Shown here: piece after piece, positions 59,432-64,000 of the stretch | How the letters are laid out: each line of letters opens with the position of its first letter | Numbering within the stretch: position 1 is the first letter of the stretch | Assembly (NCBI RefSeq): GCF_003018255.1 | Contig: NZ_CP027440.1 | Direction: 5' to 3' (one strand) | Source of the DNA: Escherichia coli | GTDB lineage: Bacteria > Pseudomonadota > Gammaproteobacteria > Enterobacterales > Enterobacteriaceae | Length of the DNA stretch: 64,000 nt | Program-made: the position numbers and the translations under genes | The notes under the pieces: model-generated | Seen by the model: the letters and a program-made list of their open reading frames with translations, nothing else | Told to the model about the DNA's origin: nothing | Databases searched by the model: none

Positions 59432-59507
59432 GGCCGGATGCGGCGTACGAATTTATTCGGCCTGGCTCCCCGTAGGCCGGATAAGATGCGCCAGCATCGC
59501 ATCCGGC
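59432..59507. repeat. BIME: two inverted REP elements between yhjD and yhjE
   Basis: GGCCGGATGCGGCGTA... and ...AGGCCGGATAAGATGCGCCAGCATCGCATCCGGC are REP-like palindromes in opposite orientation. Confidence 0.7.
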
Positions 59508-59819
59508 TATAATGCGCACATAACCTCTTGAAACTCTTTCCCAGAGCCTCTTTAGCCATCTATTCAGGAGCAAACAATTTCATACCAACTCATAACCCCA
59601 GCATATAAATCCAGTTGGTAACTTTTATTTAACCTGAAACCAGTTTTATCCACTATTTATAAAATTATGTGAAGCATTTCATAGAAGAAAAATCACTGGC
59701 CTAAACATTATCCCCTTTTTGCCTGGTTTTTGACCATTTCCGCGATTTGTTACACATTGAAATATCACTTTTGCTGTGCGTAATATGGCTATTCGTTAGC
59801 CAAAAAATAAGAAAAGATT

Positions 59820-61142
59820 ATGCAAGCAACAGCCACAACACTCGACCACGAGCAAGAATACACGCCGATCAACTCGCGTAATAAAGTCCTTGTCGCCTCT
59901 CTCATTGGCACGGCCATTGAGTTCTTCGACTTTTACATTTACGCCACTGCGGCCGTTATTGTGTTTCCGCATATCTTCTTCCCGCAGGGCGATCCTACGG
60001 CAGCAACGCTACAGTCGCTCGCCACCTTTGCCATCGCCTTCGTCGCGCGCCCCATTGGCTCTGCCGTTTTTGGTCATTTTGGCGATCGCGTTGGGCGTAA
60101 AGCGACGCTGGTCGCCTCGTTGCTAACGATGGGGATTTCGACCGTGGTGATTGGCCTGCTGCCAGGCTATGCCACGATTGGTATTTTCGCCCCGCTGCTG
60201 CTGGCGCTGGCTCGATTTGGTCAGGGTCTGGGCTTAGGTGGTGAATGGGGCGGCGCGGCTCTGCTGGCGACTGAAAACGCCCCACCGCGCAAACGTGCAT
60301 TGTACGGCTCCTTCCCGCAGCTGGGCGCACCGATTGGCTTCTTCTTTGCCAACGGCACTTTCTTGCTGCTTTCCTGGCTACTGACCGACGAGCAGTTTAT
60401 GAGCTGGGGCTGGCGTGTGCCATTTATCTTCTCGGCGGTGCTGGTCATTATCGGCCTGTATGTTCGCGTGTCGCTGCATGAGTCGCCGGTGTTTGAGAAA
60501 GTCGCTAAAGCGAAAAAACAGGTGAAGATCCCGCTGGGTACGCTGCTGACCAAACATGTTCGCGTAACCGTACTGGGTACGTTCATTATGCTGGCAACCT
60601 ATACGCTGTTTTACATCATGACGGTCTACTCTATGACCTTTAGTACCGCCGCCGCGCCCGTTGGGCTTGGCCTGCCGCGTAACGAAGTGTTGTGGATGCT
60701 GATGATGGCAGTTATTGGTTTTGGCGTGATGGTGCCAGTCGCCGGATTACTGGCTGATGCCTTTGGTCGCCGTAAAAGCATGGTAATCATCACCACGCTG
60801 ATCATCCTGTTCGCGCTGTTCGCCTTTAACCCGTTGCTCGGTTCTGGCAACCCGATTCTGGTTTTTGCCTTCCTGCTGCTGGGGTTAAGTCTGATGGGGC
60901 TGACCTTCGGTCCGATGGGCGCGCTGTTACCAGAGCTGTTCCCGACAGAAGTGCGTTACACCGGAGCATCGTTCTCTTACAACGTAGCGTCGATTCTCGG
61001 GGCTTCCGTTGCGCCGTATATCGCAGCCTGGTTGCAGACTAACTACGGGTTAGGTGCGGTGGGGTTATATCTGGCGGCGATGGCTGGCTTGACGTTAATC
61101 GCCCTGCTGCTGACCCATGAGACGCGACATCAGTCGTTGTAA
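59820..61142 (+). CDS. yhjE: MFS transporter (metabolite:H+ symporter family)
   Basis: 440-aa 12-TM protein. Confidence 0.85.
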   Translation: MQATATTLDHEQEYTPINSRNKVLVASLIGTAIEFFDFYIYATAAVIVFPHIFFPQGDPTAATLQSLATFAIAFVARPIGSAVFGHFGDRVGRKATLVASLLTMGISTVVIGLLPGYATIGIFAPLLLALARFGQGLGLGGEWGGAALLATENAPPRKRALYGSFPQLGAPIGFFFANGTFLLLSWLLTDEQFMSWGWRVPFIFSAVLVIIGLYVRVSLHESPVFEKVAKAKKQVKIPLGTLLTKHVRVTVLGTFIMLATYTLFYIMTVYSMTFSTAAAPVGLGLPRNEVLWMLMMAVIGFGVMVPVAGLLADAFGRRKSMVIITTLIILFALFAFNPLLGSGNPILVFAFLLLGLSLMGLTFGPMGALLPELFPTEVRYTGASFSYNVASILGASVAPYIAAWLQTNYGLGAVGLYLAAMAGLTLIALLLTHETRHQSL

Positions 61143-61154
61143 TAAGAGTGAAAA

Positions 61155-61316
61155 GCCTGATGCGCTACGCTTATCAGGCCAGAATTTCCATACAATATAT
61201 TGAATTAGCAAGGATTTGTAAGCCGGAGGCGTTCACGCCGCATCCGGCATGAACAAAGCACACTTTGCCAACAATCTAAATCTGTTTAATTGCCGGATGT
61301 CAGACATCCGGCAATT
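61155..61316. repeat. REP-like palindromes and hairpin between convergent yhjE and yhjG
   Basis: GCCTGATGCGCTACGCTTATCAGGC, GGCGTTCACGCCGCATCCGGC and GCCGGATGTCAGACATCCGGC palindromes. Confidence 0.55.
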
Positions 61317-61320
61317 ATCA

Positions 61321-63381
61321 TCACTTCTTCATCTGCGACAAAATTGTCCTGCACTGATTAGCCTCCCCTTCGGAAGGTGAGATCAGCGCCAGTAACGCCG
61401 CCGCCGGTGTTACCAGCGTTGCCAGTGCCGCCGCAACGGCTCCGCGAGCAATCAACGGCCCGGCTTTCACCCCAGCCTGCGGATTTTTAAACGTCCCACG
61501 TACATACAGCGGCGAACGCAATGTGATAATCCGAATCCCTTTACTCTCCGGATCAATAGTCAAATCCAGCTGTTCCGAAGCAAAACTTGCCGTACCGGTA
61601 ACGTTAATCAACGCGTTCTCAGTATCGAAAGCAAAAATCTGCGGGCGCGCCACGCCGTTGGCAATATCCAGATTCGCCGCCGCACAGTTCACCCGCACCT
61701 CATCATCACCAAATATCGCACCGACAATGTAGTTACCGACATTCAGCCCGACAATCTCCATCAGGTTGCGGCTCACCAGCCCGTCATTCATCAGCAGTTT
61801 CAGGTTGCCGTTACTGTTGCCTAAAAGCGCCGCCACCGAGTTACCGCTACCGCGTAGTTCCGCGTCACCGTTCATTTCCCCCAGCGTCTTCTGCATCAGT
61901 TCTACATCGGGCATCAGTTCTTTCAGTTTCAGTCGACGAGCCTGAATATCTGCCCGCCCTTGCATCGGTTTTTTATCACCTTCCAGATGAATATTCGCCG
62001 CAATGCTGCCGCCTGCCATGCCAAATTTCAGCGGTTGCAGGCGCAGGTCAGCATTTTTGAGGATGATATGAGTAGAAAGATCGCTAATCGGCAGGCTACT
62101 GCCATGCTCAATGCGCCGCCCTTTGAAGCGAACATCGGCATCCATGACGTCCCATTTATCGGTTTCGAAGCGGTCATAAGGCAGCACTTTGCCCGCAGGC
62201 TGAACGCTTTTTTCACCCTTCTTCTGTTCAGACCGTTTCGACTTTTCAGCTCCTTTCCCGGAATCAACGCCAATTAACGGCCCTAAATCTGCCAGCCGCA
62301 ATTGCCGCGACTCAACATCACCTTCCAGTTTTGGTCGTGGCTTGCCGGTGGTGTAGACCAGAGAACCGTGGATATCGCTATCGCCAATTCGCCCATTAAA
62401 ACCGCGATAATCAAAGACCGACGATTTTTCAGTGTCGATTTTCGCTACCAGCCGACCATCCGTTTCAAACGGCGGGGTATCGGGCAGCAGAACGCCCGTC
62501 AGTTCATAGAGATCACCCAGCGAATCGCCAGAAAATTTAAGCCGTAAATCGACACCACCCATCTTCATTGGGTCATTCACAACGCCATCAAAAGCAACAC
62601 GGGTGTTACCAGAGCGAAAATCAGCCTGTACAGGAAATGGCGTCCCTTCGCCACGCAGCGCCAGCATACCGCCTATTTTTCCCGTACCAGTGAGCGGCTC
62701 TCCGTTATAACGTCCCTGCGCCTTCAGGCCAAAAACGTAATCGCCCACCTTTTCTTTATCCGCTTTACCTTTCGATCCAGTAACTTCGCTGAACGGCAGC
62801 GGCTTGCCTAACGGATCGACAAAAATTTCTAGATCCGCTTTGCTTACTTTGTCATCAATGGCGATCCGCCCTTGATCGAACAGAATATTATCCAGCCGAA
62901 ACGACCATGCCGACGGCTTTGCATTCGTGTCTTTGTTGTCATCGCTGGCGAGATTAAATGTCCAGTTGTTGTTCTTTTCTGAGAGGCGAATCAGGCGTGC
63001 GTCGGGCTTTTCGAGCTTGATCCACGGCAACCAGACCGTTTTGGTCAGCAGCGCCAGCGGGGCCAGCGTCGCTTCTACTCGCGGCAAATGCACCATTGTG
63101 ACTTCGGGAATATCCGGTGGATTGCCAAGAATGATGTCTTCCGCGTGTACATGGGGCCACGGCACCCAGCTGCGCCAGCCAGTTTCTTGTTTTTGCCGCT
63201 CCCACACCACGCCCAGATCGCCACGGATAGCGAACGGACGATTCAACTCCGCAGAGACTTTCTGGTTGATGGTCGGTTTGAGTCGATTCCAGTCAAAAGT
63301 TGCAATCAAAATGATCGCCACGACAATCAACAACAAGAAAGCCCCTGAAATCGCAGCGGTTATTTTGCCTGCCTTGCTCAT
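61321..63381 (-). CDS. yhjG: AsmA-family protein
   Basis: Start set at MSKAGKITAAISGAFLLLIV (686 aa), N-terminal TM anchor. Confidence 0.85.
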   Translation of the reverse strand: MSKAGKITAAISGAFLLLIVVAIILIATFDWNRLKPTINQKVSAELNRPFAIRGDLGVVWERQKQETGWRSWVPWPHVHAEDIILGNPPDIPEVTMVHLPRVEATLAPLALLTKTVWLPWIKLEKPDARLIRLSEKNNNWTFNLASDDNKDTNAKPSAWSFRLDNILFDQGRIAIDDKVSKADLEIFVDPLGKPLPFSEVTGSKGKADKEKVGDYVFGLKAQGRYNGEPLTGTGKIGGMLALRGEGTPFPVQADFRSGNTRVAFDGVVNDPMKMGGVDLRLKFSGDSLGDLYELTGVLLPDTPPFETDGRLVAKIDTEKSSVFDYRGFNGRIGDSDIHGSLVYTTGKPRPKLEGDVESRQLRLADLGPLIGVDSGKGAEKSKRSEQKKGEKSVQPAGKVLPYDRFETDKWDVMDADVRFKGRRIEHGSSLPISDLSTHIILKNADLRLQPLKFGMAGGSIAANIHLEGDKKPMQGRADIQARRLKLKELMPDVELMQKTLGEMNGDAELRGSGNSVAALLGNSNGNLKLLMNDGLVSRNLMEIVGLNVGNYIVGAIFGDDEVRVNCAAANLDIANGVARPQIFAFDTENALINVTGTASFASEQLDLTIDPESKGIRIITLRSPLYVRGTFKNPQAGVKAGPLIARGAVAAALATLVTPAAALLALISPSEGEANQCRTILSQMKK

Positions 63382-63450
63382 CGTTCGCTTCCTCATATTC
63401 TTCCTGTGCCAGTCCTAAAGATAGTCCAGCCAGGCGGAAAATGAGGCAGC

Positions 63451-64000
63451 TTATAGCGCCAGAACCGCCGTATTCAGCGTTTCTATCGGTGCCGGGCGTG
63501 AAAGAAACCAGCCTTGTGCGGCGAATGCGGGCGAGTTCTGAACATCACGCCACTCTTCTGGTGTTTCTACGCCCTCGACAATCACCCCGCGACAATAGCG
63601 ATTCATTAGATGTAAAAGCTGAGAAAAGAGTGTGCGTCCTTCCGGTGACTGACGCAGCATCACAAACAGTTCTCGCGCGATTTTGATGTAGTCATAACGC
63701 ACTTCACTTAGTGCAGAGAAATTTGCCATCCCGGTACCAAAATCATCCAGCCACAGCGGGCCAAATTCACACATCGAGGCAAAGGTTGAATCTTTCGGCA
63801 GACGGATATGCTCCACCAGTTCGAAACGCAGCCAGGGAAGACGCTCAATCTGGCGCAGGATTTTTGGTTGCTGACGCAGGGCGATGAGCGTAGGGCCGTC
63901 AATATTGACCGATGCCAACAGGCCGTGCTCTACAAAGAAGTCGGCTTTTTGCGCCAGCAAATCAATCTGCTCTTTCACAACCTCCATCCGATGGCTAACG
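63451..64000 (-). CDS. pdeH: c-di-GMP phosphodiesterase (EAL domain), 3' part only; start lies beyond the window
   Basis: Partial ORF open to the window edge; sequence recognised as the EAL-domain protein YhjH/PdeH. Confidence 0.8.
   Translation of the reverse strand, partial: VSHRMEVVKEQIDLLAQKADFFVEHGLLASVNIDGPTLIALRQQPKILRQIERLPWLRFELVEHIRLPKDSTFASMCEFGPLWLDDFGTGMANFSALSEVRYDYIKIARELFVMLRQSPEGRTLFSQLLHLMNRYCRGVIVEGVETPEEWRDVQNSPAFAAQGWFLSRPAPIETLNTAVLAL

Overview
This window is an Escherichia coli chromosomal segment running from the 3' end of an Rhs element to the yhjG/pdeH(yhjH) region; gene names are assigned by recognising the encoded proteins and their order, not by any database search. 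Contents in order: (1) the 3' part of an rhs core gene with its C-terminal tip, a small membrane immunity-like ORF, an orphan rhs core fragment, and one intact plus one internally deleted H-rpt (ISAs1-family) element; (2) the yhiI-rbbA-yhhJ operon, yhiM, yhiN, pitA, uspB/uspA, dtpB, rsmJ, prlC, rlmJ, gor; (3) the dinQ toxin-peptide / agrA-agrB antisense repeat cluster with a LexA box; (4) arsRBC, followed by a second divergent ArsR-family regulator and a cysteine-rich ArsP-like permease; (5) an uninterrupted yhiS-like gene, then the acid fitness island (slp, dctR, yhiD, hdeBA, hdeD, gadE, mdtEF, gadW, gadY sRNA, gadX, gadA) with the complete chu haem-uptake locus (chuSA / chuTWXYUV, two Fur boxes) inserted between dctR and yhiD; (6) ccp(yhjA), treF, yhjB, yhjC, yhjD, yhjE, yhjG and the 3' part of pdeH. 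No rRNA, tRNA or CRISPR array was seen. The most notable points are a single in-frame amber codon splitting the Rhs C-terminal toxin region, the extra ArsR/ArsP-like pair beside arsRBC, and the absence of yhiJ/yhiL between yhiI and yhiM. Comparisons with K-12 gene order are from memory and should be confirmed by alignment.
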